NCBI RefSeq assembly: GCF_964355755.1
Contig: NC_092676.1
Location: 10,765,888-10,829,887, forward strand
Origin: Antedon mediterranea
Lineage: Eukaryota; Animalia; Echinodermata
Reading direction: 5' to 3'
Length of the DNA stretch: 64,000 bases
Positions 50,787-62,670 of this stretch are shown here, piece after piece. Every line of letters starts with the position of its first letter. Within the stretch, counting starts at the first letter, position 1. The notes under the pieces were generated by a model, which saw only the letters and a list, made by a program, of their open reading frames with translations, was not told where the DNA came from and did not search any database. The position numbers were made by a program, and so were the translations under genes.

Positions 50787-52707
50787 AACAAACTAATAGA
50801 AAAAAAAATCAAATTTGTGGTTTCGGCTAACTAAACCAGCTAATGTAATTTTATTTGCTGAATCCAAGTACTGGTTTTGAAATAAAATGTTTTATCGATA
50901 CCAGTACAGTAAGTTCCCATATAGATAATTAACTTAAAATTCTTAAATTTAAATTTTATTTGAAGTTAAAATATTACTTTCATTAAATACATTCTAATAC
51001 TACTGTATCTCTTCCATCTGTAAAAGTGCATATTGTCATGTAATATTTAAATACAGTATATATAAAGCCATCATACAAGTACACCACGAAAAATCTTACA
51101 GAAACTAATTTAATTTAATTTCAAAGAAATTTTTATCAGAACTATTCATTACAATTATTATGTAAAGTGAAAATTTTTAAAATGCAAGCTGCTAAAGTTT
51201 TACCAGTTTTATGCTATAATAAAGACTTTTTCTTTAATGTAACCATTAAGGCAGTCAGTGCCCCAGTGAGAACCATTCTTTTTAAAAATGTGTAGAAACC
51301 TGAAGCTGTTGGAGCATTTCTCTCCAAAAATGTTGATTTCAATGGTGCAGCTGGTATTTCCTAGAAAATAATACAAATTTATACCAATGTGTTTATTAAA
51401 AGAATTAAGATTTAAAAATGAGTTTTGGGTTGTTAGGTTTGAAAAACATGCATTGGAAACCTTTACTGATCGAATGAATGCATTGCCCATTCAGAGGCTC
51501 TCTGTTCTTAAATTTATTCATAAATAAGATATAAAATTGAAATTTTACTACTAATATAGTGTAAATGTGTAGATAAAATCATATTAGTCCGGTGGCAGGA
51601 GGCGGGAATCATCACCTATAAGGGGACAAATTGCCATCCAACTCTTCTAGACCAGAATTTTTCATAGATTACGAATGTGAAATAGTCCATGGGCCAGGTC
51701 CAGTTTTTTGCAAAAGCAGTATCAAATTGGTGGCAAATGCTACCATACATTTTTGGAAAGCTTAATATGTCTACTTTTCAGAAATCCATGATAGCAATGT
51801 CAATTGTACAGCTTAATAGTCATTTTTTAGGATTATATAACACCGCCTACGGAAAATATGCAACACAAAATTTTGGGGTAGGGGGTAACACTTTTGCTAA
51901 TAACTCGGGATTTAATGAACAGATTTGCATTTTCTTGGTATCAATATATAGTGTATAGACTGCTTAAGTGTAATATATTTTTCTAAGTAAATCCAACAAC
52001 TATTGACGCCATTAGAGGTCAGAAGGTCATTGAACTTTAGTAAAAAATGATTTTTTGTCTAATATTAACTTATAACTTTCAGTTTTTAACAAAAGAAATA
52101 CAATAGATGTTATGCAAACTGATGTTTTCATGAACATATAGACCCAATAAACAAGAAAATTGAAGTTAAAGATTAACAAAATATGAATATGCTATGTATT
52201 ATGAAGAAATTTGTTGTTTTTAGTAATTTGTAATCAGTTACAATTATGGGGTAGGGGGTAACATTTTTGCGAATAACTTACAATTTAGTTAACAGATTTG
52301 CATTTTCTTGCTATCAGTATGTAGTGTATAGATTGCCTAATTGTAATATACTTTTTAAAATTGAATCCCGCATTTATTGACATCTTTAGAGGTCAAAAGG
52401 TCACTGACCTTTAATAAAAAATGCAATTTCTTCTAAATTAGCTTATAAATTTCAATTTTAAACACAAAAATACAAGATATCTTACGCAAACTAATGTTTT
52501 CCTAAACCTATAGACACAATAAATAAGAAAATTGAAGTTAACATTTTTTCAAAATTGAATATGCTGTGCATTGTAAAGAAATGTTTTCGTCATTAGTAAT
52601 CTTTGACAATAATGGGGTAGGGGGTAACGTTTTTGCAAATAACTTAAGATTTAGTGAACAGATTTACATTTTCTTGTTATCAGTATGTAGTGTATGGATT
52701 TCATTAT

Positions 52708-53290
52708 TACCTCCGCCAAGGAGGTTATGTTTTCACCCCTGTATGTTTGTGTGTGTGTTTGTGTGTTTGTGTGTGTGTCTGTGAACAGCCTGGAGGCCAC
52801 AGTTTTTATCCGATTCTAACCAAATTTGGACACAATGATCTATGCCCAAAAAGCTCGGACGAGTTCGAATTTGAGGGGGAAAGGTCATAGGTCAAGGTCA
52901 CAACTAACAAAAAACTATTTTACTGTCTAGAGACCACAGTTTTGATCCGATTCTCACCAAACTTAGCCACAATGATCAATGACACATCATATAATTGTGG
53001 TTACATTTTGAAGGGTCAGGGTCAAAGATCAAGGTCCACCAAAAAAAAAAAAAAAAAAAATAATTAAAAAAAAAAACCCTCAGTGGGGCTCGAACCAGCG
53101 ACCTCAACTGTGAGAGGCTGGATACATAACCATTACACCACACTGTCATCCACAACTTTGTAGTGTGCAGTTAACATATTTACACTTAGAACTAATAAAA
53201 AAAAATGTTAAAAAAAAATATTCAGGGGGCATTTTATGTAGAGGAATTTTACAGTAGGCGGAGGTTTGTACTCTCGGAGTACCCTCTAGT
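52708..53290 (+). mobile_element. HINE/DINE-1-like element, copy 3 (different interior)
   Basis: Same termini TACCTCCGCCAAGGAGGT / GGCGGAGGT-hairpin-CTAGT; absent from the mirror arm. Confidence 0.8.
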
Positions 53291-55562
53291 TGTAATATGC
53301 TTTTAAAAAATGAATCGAACATCTATTGATGTCTTTTAGAGGTCAAAGGTCAATGACCTTTAATCAAAAATGCAATTTCTTCTAAATTAGCTTATACATT
53401 TCAATTTTAAACACAAAAATACAAGATATGTTATGCAAACTAATGTTTTCTTAAACCTATAGACACAATAAATAAGAAAATTGAATTTAACAAACAAATA
53501 TTCTGTGAATTTATGAGGACATTCTGTCTGTTAATAGTAATGTATTATTAACAATTATAGGGTAAGGGGTTACATTTTTCCTAATTAGGTTGCCTAATTG
53601 TTATATTCATTGTGAAAAAATAAAACGTAACATATATTGACATCTTTGTAGGTCAAATGGTCATTGAACATTTAAAGAAATGCAATTTCGTCCAAATGTA
53701 ACATTAATAAAGTTTCAATATTTAACGCAAAAATACACCAAATCTAACTTTTTTTTAAACCTATAAAGAAAATGGACAAGAAATTGAAGTTAAAGATTAA
53801 AAACAAATAAATATGTGTAATAATATTAAGAATTGTGACTGTAATAGTAATTTGTAATTATTAAAAATTATGGGATAAGAGGTAACATTTTTGCTAATAA
53901 CTTTGAATTTAGTCAACATATTTTGCATTTCTAGGAACCAATAAGTAGTATATAAACTGTTTAATTGCTATATATTAAAAATTATCAAAATGTTATTACC
54001 AATAGATTTATGTGGTTTTTAACTTATTAAACCTATAGAAAAAAATTCACCGTTAGTATTGTTATGGGGTACTACTAAATAACAAAATGCATGACTTTTT
54101 GGAAAATAAATGAATTTTAAATATGAGGATAATAAATATATCTTTGATGTTTCATTGTTATTACATATTGATAATAATAAACATATCCAGCTTCTGTGTT
54201 GTAAATTGTTTTTTTCTAATTTACATATTCTAACATTCAATTGTCTATAGTAATCATAGAAATTGTTTAGATTACCAATTATATCTTTTATTTGTAACTG
54301 ATAAGATATTCTAAGGTTATAAATGTTCATCTGGTTTGCAAATGCAAATGAGATAGTTTTCTAAACAAAACTGTTATGGTATTGTAAGATTACAGGACAA
54401 TTACATTTTACTTTATCTTGATTTAAAGAAAACAGTTAGTTTATTCAAACTCATTAATATGTCAATTTTTTAGATTTTCATATTAGCTGCAGTTCCACAT
54501 CTTCCACATACGTTTGAAAGAACTGGGTATCTCTATGTTTTCATATCGCAGTTTGAAGTATGTGCCATGTATCTTGGCATGGTCGAAGGTGGTTGTAAGT
54601 TTTCCCCATTTTGATCAAGGTTACCATTAATATCTATTAACCAATGTTTTAACCAAGAACACTGGTGCAGCATGTTACGGTCATCAGAGTCTCTTTGTAT
54701 TTTCTGGACTCCTGGAAAGGACCCAAAATATTGTGTCGATAGAGACATTGACATGGAAATTAACAATTATATTGGAGGATAACTCTGACACAATCACCTA
54801 CAGTTAGGTGAGAAGGTCCAGTCAATATAATTTACACAGGAAGGAAAAATCATATCTGGTACATCTTCAGAAGAGACTGTCATGCATACTTTACATTTTC
54901 ATCATTGCTCACAGACGCCACTGAGCCAAATAGTGTTTCTATCCATTGTTGGATGCCCTTCACATCTCTAGAGAATACAGACTGAAGACTATAACGTGCT
55001 GTACCAGTGTACTTGGTTCTAGTATTTTCGACAGCTTTTTCATAACATTATAAAAGATATTAACGGTAACGTTGATCAAAATCGGGAAACTTGCAAAGTA
55101 TCACATTCCAAAATGTCAAGGAACATTGCACAAAATCATACTTCAGTTTGCGATAACAAAATCATGTCTCTTAAAGATTTCTATATATACCGTACCCAGT
55201 TGTTTTAAATGATGTAGGCTTTACTGGAATTTGACGATGTAATTTAATAGAATTAATTTTTCTAGAAAGTGTGAATTGCTAAACTGCAGCTGATATGCAG
55301 ATCTGAAACATTTACATATTGTTACGGAGTTCATTTTTGTAAACCAAGATACAGGAAAATGTCAGATGAACATTTATAGAAAAAGAATATCTTTTAAATA
55401 CAAATTTAATTGGTAGGCCCTAGTGTCATTTTTAAAATTACTATATAAGTCGATTAATTGATTTAAAGTACAATCTGTAAAATAATAACAATTTATACAG
55501 TATAGCCTAAAAACAGTAGCCGGAGGATATGTATTTAAAAAATAACCAAATACTCTATCTAA

Positions 55563-55760
55563 AGTAGTGGAGCTGTAGCTTGGTGGTTAACGTGCTTGCC
55601 TTCCAATCCCAAGGTCCGGGGTTCAATCCTGACCTAGTGCCAGGCTTGTAACTCACGACTCTTTCAACTCCACTCCTTAAGCCTTAAGTGAGACTTAGTT
55701 TATAATCACGATAAATTATAAATAGTTTATCCACCCTGTAATTTCACGATGAAATAAATG
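55563..55760 (+). mobile_element. tRNA(Gly-like)-derived SINE
   Basis: A box TAGCTTGGTGG, TTCCAA loop, B box GGTTCAATCC; second copy at 13270-13450. Confidence 0.72.
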
Positions 55761-57945
55761 TTTTTATAAAGCTCCTATCCTCATATTAAAACAAAATCAT
55801 TAATTTTTTTTTCAATAATGTATACCCTCCAACAAGTCATGCATAATGTTATTTTGTACCCCACAACAACACTAAATACTGTACTAAAATTTTGTCTACA
55901 GGCTTTAATTAAAACTACACAACCACTATTGGTAATATTATTTGAGATCAAAATGTTGCATAATTTTTTGATATAACAATTTTTAATTAAACAGTTTATA
56001 CAGTACCCTACTTATTGTTACCAAGAAATGCAAAATATGTTCAATAAATTCAAAGTTATTAGCAAAAATGTTACCCCTTACCCCATAATTTTTAAGGATT
56101 ACAAATTACTAATACGGTCAAAATTCTTCATATTGTTAGTGCCTATACATGTTTATTTGTGTTTAATCTTTAACTTTAATTTGTATTTGTACATTGTCTT
56201 TATAGGATTGAAAAAAAAATACCAGTTTGTAATAGATTTGTTGTATTTTTGTGTTTAAAATTGAAACTTTATTAATGTTAAATTTGGAAGAAATTGTAAT
56301 TTTTGGTAATGTTCAATGATCCTTTGACCTACAATGATGTCAATATGTTACGTTTTATTTTTTCAACATGAATATAACAATTAGGCAACCTACACAGTAC
56401 ATATTAATACAAAAAAATGCAAATTTGATCACTAAATACAAAGTTATTACTTTTTTATTAGAAAAAATGTTACCCCTTACCCTATAATTGTTAATAACAA
56501 ATTATTATTAACGGACAAAATGTCTTCATAAATTCATAGAATATTTGTTTGTTTAATTTCAATTTTCTTATTCATTGTGTCTATATGTTTAGGAAAACAT
56601 CAACATAAGATCTTTTGTAAGTTTGTGTTTAAAATTGAAATGTATAAGTTAATTTAGAAGAAATTGCATTTTTGATTGAAGGTCATTGACCTTTGACCTC
56701 TAAAGACGTCAATAGATGCTGGATTCATTTTTAAAAAGTATACTACAATAATGAAATCCATACACTACATAATGATAACATGAAAATGTAAATCTGTTCA
56801 CTAAATCTTAAGTTATTTGCAAAAACGTTACCCCCTACCCCATAATTGTCACAAATTACTAATGACGAACAAGTTTCTTTATAATGCACAGCATATTCAA
56901 TTTTGAAAAAATGTTAAATTCAATTTTCTTATTTATTGTGTCTATAGGTTTAAGAAAACATTAGTTTGCATAAGATTTCCTGTATTTTTGTGTTTAAAAT
57001 TGAAATTTATAAGCTAATTTAGAAGAAATTGCATTTTTTATTAAAGGTCAGTGACCTTTTGACCTCTAAAGATGTCAACAAATGCGGGATTCATTTTTAA
57101 AAAGTATATTACAATTAGGCAATCTATACACTACATATTGATAGCAAGAAAATGCAAATCTGTTAACTAAATTGTAAGTTATTCGCAAAAATGTTACCCC
57201 CTATCCCATAATTGTAAACGATTACAAATTACTAAAAACAACAAATTTCTTTATAATACACAGCATATTCATATTTTGTTAATCTTTAACTTTTATTTTC
57301 TTGTTTATTGGGTCTATATGTTCATGAAAACATCAGTTTGCATAACATCTATTGTATTTTTTTTGTTAAAAACTGAAAGTTATAAGTTAATATTAGACAA
57401 AAAATCATTTTTTATTAAAGTTCAATGACCTTCTGACCTCTAATGGCATCAATAATTGTTGGATTTACTTAGAAAAATATATTACACTTAAGCAGTCTAT
57501 ACACTACATATTTTGATACCAAGAAAATGCAAATCTGTTCATTAAATCCCGAGTTATTAGCAAAAGTGTTACCTCCTACCCCAAAATTTTGTGTTGCATA
57601 TTTTCTGTAGGCGGTGTTATATAATCCTCAAAAATGACTATTAAACTGTACAATTGGCATTGCTATCATGGATTTTTGAAAAGTAGACATATTAAGCTTT
57701 CCAAAAATGTATGGTAGCATTTGCCACCAATTTGATACCGAAAAAATGTCTGGCCCATGGACTAAAAGGTAATCGATCAGAATAGCAAAGCGTTTTCGAG
57801 ATATAAAGTCAAAGTTGACCAATTATTACAATGTGTTATATATGTATCTATAAATTTACATACGGGCAAAATTCGGTAAATCGCGCGTTACTTCTAGAAT
57901 TTTTACTCAATGGTAAATAAAGGTGGCTCATACGTTTGGCACCAA

Positions 57946-58830
57946 TTTTATTTATTTATTTATTTATTTATTCAAGATAAAAAACACCAAAACAGGATCG
58001 CCATAAAATATACATTTGATTTACATAAAAAAGAACAAGGAACGAACAGATTTATATATTATTAAAAATGACATTAAAAGCAGAAGTATTACAACTAAAA
58101 ATATCGACGTAAGGAAACGTTTGAACTAAACTATTATAAGAATGAGCAACCCGACAAAAAATACCGTTACGTACATTAACACGAGAAAACTGCACTTTTA
58201 AAAGATTATTAATACGAAGTTTACGCACAGGGACACGAAAATGAAATTGAGAGACAAATTTACAATCAAACTTTGAATTTAAGCATTTAAAAAGAAAAAT
58301 CATGTCGGTTCGTGTGCGTCAGTACTTGGCAAGAATTTACTGGTGTTGAGAGAACCAGCTGCTGGGCCGAGGAACTTTATGAATTTAGTATGAATCCAAT
58401 CGATTCTTGTGGCATGAATTTGGGATATTGAGTTGTAGATAACAGAACAGAAGTCCAAGGACGGAGTAATTAATGAGGTATAAAGGGCAAATTTAGCTGG
58501 AGGTATAAAATATATGCAATGTTTCCACATCAGCCCGAGCAGCCGGTAACCACGTGAGTAGAAAAAGTTAATTTTTCATCCACGTGCACTTCAACCCTTT
58601 CCAGTGAATCACAGTTAATTTTGTATTCGTAAGCGACAAGATTTTATTTCCTTTTTAAAGAACATGTTAAAACTTTACATTTCTCAGGCTTCAGAGACAG
58701 TTTCCAGACGGTGGTCCATTCAAATAGACAATCTATGTCTCCCTGAAGCGCACGCGAGTCATCTGGGGTTTTGATAATCTTGTAGATCTTGAGGTTGTCC
58801 GCGAACGCAAGGCACCGGGAATGTAAGAAA
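57946..58830 (-). mobile_element. CR1/Jockey-group LINE 3' fragment
   Basis: RT motif FADNLKIY...LQGDID.L.EW...W.L.L..EKC; (TAAA)n tail at 57946-57971. Confidence 0.8.
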
Positions 58831-58999
58831 AAAACCACCTAATATAACCCTGTTTACTAATTAAGTTGAGTTAGATCATTATTTATCCCCGGATTGATTA
58901 TAGACAATTCGGTAACTGCAAAGGATTGTCCACCACCCACTGTCTGATATTTACCACTATCTAGTTTCAGGTGCAGAGAAGCCTAAAAACATTAGCACA

Positions 59000-60246
59000 C
59001 ATTTTTCCAAGGCGTTTGAGTTAGTTGACCATCAAATCTCAGTCACTACTCAAACTTGGGGCACCTCCCCCACTCGTACAGTGGGTGGTGGACTTCCTGA
59101 CGGAAAGAAAATAAAAAGTCTTGGATATTGGATTGAGTTGATGGGTGGAGTGCCCCAGGGTACTATCATTGGTCCCATAGCAATTTTACCTATGATCAAT
59201 GACGCTTTAGTTAACATCAATAATAACAAAATGAAAGTGTGGTAATATTTAGACAACCTCACACTTGCTGAAAATAGGACTAGTGGTGATGCATCGATTC
59301 AAACTAGTTTAGACACTCGCCCGTATTCTTAAACCGGACTTGAAAAAGTCTGGTTTAAGAATACGGCGCAAGTTTGAATGGAGCTTTAATAATAAACTAA
59401 ATAAATGCAATTTTAGTAAACATATATCCCCCCTCTCCTGATTTGCATATATCTAATAACTCTTTGGCTGTAGTACAGGAAGTTAAATTGTTACTGTAGG
59501 TGTAATCATTCAAAACAATTTAAAGTGGCAAAGCCAGGTAGATAAAATTTGTATTAAAGCTAACAAGAAAATATTTATGATACGCAAGTTAAACAGAGCA
59601 GGTCTTAATAGTAATGAACTTGTTTCTGATTAAAAGGGTTATTTGAGACCGGTGCTTAAGTATGCAGCCCTTTTGTGGCATGCGGGTCTAAAGCCTGGTT
59701 TCCATAAAATTGGTACACGACAGAGCGTAGCGATTCTATGGATTTGGATTTATCGGGGATTTAGTATGCGAGTGCTAAGTATTCTTTGGTACTTGTATAC
59801 GATTCATCGCCGACAAAATCGGCAAAGTTGAACATGGTTGAACTTTGCCGATTTGACTGCGATGAATCGGGGAGCCTTCCCGATTGCGTCGGCGACATCT
59901 GCGCGTGTAGCGATTTTAATGGAAACGCTGTAGCGACGGTGTAGCGATTTTATGGAAACCAGGCTTTACGCAGGGACAGGTGAATAAGATTCAGAAGCGT
60001 GTCTGCAAGATTGTGTTGGGCAGAGAGTATACAACATACTCGGATTCCTGTGCCATTTTAAATCTTGAACCTCTCCACACTAGAAGATGGCACACTTGCA
60101 AGGTTTTTGCATCTAAAGCACATGCCTCTGGCCAATTCTCCACCTGGTTCCATGTCCTCAGTAAAATGGAAAATTATAGTTATAAAACCAAACGTTTCCA
60201 GACTAGTCCAGTTCCTATTATGGTTGAACTTTTGAAGAAACTTTAA
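59000..60246 (+). mobile_element. Decayed CR1/L2-group LINE RT fragment
   Basis: GGVPQGTIIGP, RPVLKYAA.LWH.GL, IQKRVCKIVLG motifs with stops. Confidence 0.8.
59692..59965. mobile_element. Harbinger-type MITE inserted in the LINE
   Basis: AGCCTGGTTTCCATAAAAT / ATTTTATGGAAACCAGGCT; TAA/TTA flanks; LINE protein resumes after it. Confidence 0.78.
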
Positions 60247-61271
60247 TTTATTTATTTTTTTGCTTGTATTATTTGAGGTAACTGCAGTCTAACTTATTCT
60301 TATTCATATTTTTATATATAGTTGATAGAGTTGTCTATAGTTTAAATTTTTTTTATTGTGTTATACATATGCAATTCAGCCATGTGCCGCCATGTATGTA
60401 CTTTTAAATGAGAATTTTTGAATAAATATACCGAGATATTATTGACGATTAAAACGAATTGAGGTTCAACGATTTCCTGATCGTGGTATACACTGTCTAA
60501 TGGATGTTGATGCTGAAAAATACCTGCACACAATAATACGAGGATGCTTTGCATTTACAGGCCTATCTCCTTCTACGACATTTGAAGTGCAAAATTCTTA
60601 CTGTGAGTGTACTGTTTAAACACAATTATACAAATAAACTTTATTACTCACAGTTGCTTCTCAACGTTAATTGTATAATTAATAATTATGACAACAAATA
60701 TAAACGTCACAAGGTGTACAGTTACATGTTCTATTTCAATCGACTATGACTGACAGTTTTAACAAACTATTGTTTAAGTTTGACTCAAGTAATTCCCAGG
60801 GTGCTAATTTTAGTTGACTACATAAATCACCATGTCTATTTATTTGTTCCTGCAAACGAGTCCACTTTTTTTTCTTAGCCCAGCCCCAACCATAGAGCTG
60901 GTCATGGATACTTATAAATTTCCGGGACCTCTAGCTAGCAACTCTATTTTTCAAAATGTTTTTAGCTCCTCTCCAACCATGGTGGGCTGGTTCTGTAGAC
61001 TTATAATTTTGTTTCGTATTTCAATGTAAAATGCAATTTCCAGGTACTCAGCTCTATTTACACAATTTTCTTAGCTCAGCACCCACCATGGTAGCGCAAA
61101 GGTTGTTGAATAGATACATATAATCATAAAAATATCCAGATTCGTAATCGGAAAATTCTGGTCCAGAAAAGTTGTATGGCCATTTGTCCCCTATTAGGTG
61201 GTAATACCCCCTCTCCTGTCTGCCACCGGACTATGAACTGAAGGTGGCATATTTAAGTGTGTGCATCATTT

Positions 61272-61591
61272 AGTGAGTGAGTGGCCGAGCGGTTAAGACA
61301 GTGGAACCGTAATCACGTAGCCATAACATCGGCAGGGGTTTGAGGTTCACTCACTCCATGGCTCTGGTGGTAGAACGAGTCTTCTCGGATAAGGACTATA
61401 AACCGTAGGTCCAGTGTACACAACTTGATCGTGTGCACTTTAAAGAACCTAGTACATCTTTCGAGATGAGTAGGGGGTTACCCCGGTGTATTAGTACATC
61501 ACAGCCACTGATCACCAACTGGGCCCTCTGGGAGATCAGTCTTTGACTGAAGAGGTCACCCAGTATAAAGATAAAACAAACAAACAAACAA
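61272..61591 (+). mobile_element. tRNA-headed Deu/Nin-domain SINE
   Basis: A box TGGCCGAGCGG; central TAAACCGTAGGTCC...TAAAGAACC...GAGTAGGGGGTTACCCCGGTGT resembles the Deu domain (from recall); (AAAC)n tail. Confidence 0.7.
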
Positions 61592-62419
61592 ACATTCACC
61601 TTGGATTCTGGTTCATCTTGCCATATTTCTTCTTTTCTGATTTTGCCTTCCTTATACAGTATCTGAATACATAAAATGATCATAGAAGTATGCATATATA
61701 TACGTTATTACTATTTAATCAACCAACTTTCTCTCAAGTAACTGCCAACTTACCAATAGTTATATGCCTAATAAAAAAAGCTTACCAATCTGTGTTTTTC
61801 GCAGCATTTGACACCTTTTTTTCCTCTACTTATTTTGACCAAGTTCAAATTTTTGCTTTTATGTGTTTATTGATAAGGAAATTTGTCAACTTGGTGTCCA
61901 AATTTTAACAGATTTGTCACCCATTTGAAAAATGACCACATATGTTGTGACCCACCCACCTTATATCTTGGTAACCGCTATAACTTATACATTTCATTTT
62001 AGTTTCAAACTCACAATAATGTTTATATTTGCTCTAATAAACAAGTTTGTTGAAGAATGGCGGGAAAGGTTATTTCTGGGTTTTTGACCTCTGACCTCTT
62101 AATGTTATATCTCAATAACTGCTGGTCATACAGCAAAATTGATCTTAAATTGTTTTTATAAGGTCTGTTTTTCTATTTTGCTCAAGTATTAACAAATCAC
62201 AATACATACTTGGTACACTATTATTTTATTTGTGATTTGATGAAAAAAATGTATTTTTATTTATATAAATAGGTAATTTTGACCCTTGACCTTGTATTAT
62301 CATATCTTAATTACGAATGCCCATTCATCTTTCAAAATAGTGCCAAATTGTTCGTAACATGTATATTTCTATTTGTCCTAATGGATCATTTTGCAGTAAA
62401 TGTCATTAAACTAACGTAA

Positions 62420-62670
62420 TAAATTGGACTTCACATAAAATTATTAACAGAGAATCAGACACCTACAGCAGACTCATAAAAGAGGCAATTTGGATACGAA
62501 GAAAACAAAACACCATCAACCGAAAAGAAGGCGCACACCAACTGAGTTACATATACAGTATGACCCTGTAATTAGACAGACCTGGCCCTCTAGAGGTCAG
62601 TCAGTCTAATTGCAGTAGTCATTCTTCTAAAAAAGTTGTTAGTGAAAGGAACAATGAAACCGTCAAGAAA
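62420..62670 (+). mobile_element. Penelope-like element 3' end (GIY-YIG tail) with degenerate hammerhead
   Basis: Translates RLIKEAIWIRRKQNTINRKEGAHQLS; followed by TTCTT-CTAAAAA-stem-GAAACCGTC-AAGAA. Confidence 0.6.

Larger units (their letters stand above)
51683..57764. mobile_element. 6.1-kb palindromic Academ-type non-autonomous element
   Basis: TAGTCCATGGGCCAG...CTGGCCCATGGACTA; AAA TSD; arms built from about 370-bp units. Confidence 0.82.
51585..61233. mobile_element. Possible outer TAG...CTA element (about 95-bp imperfect TIR)
   Basis: TAGTCCGGTGGCAG...GGGGACAAAT at 51585 is inverted at 61140-61233; flanks TAT/TGA do not match, so these may be two separate ends. Confidence 0.5.

Noticed and set aside
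55563-55640. Functional tRNA-Gly gene
   Set aside because: Acceptor stem not formed, and the sequence continues into a body shared with a second dispersed copy, so it is a SINE head.
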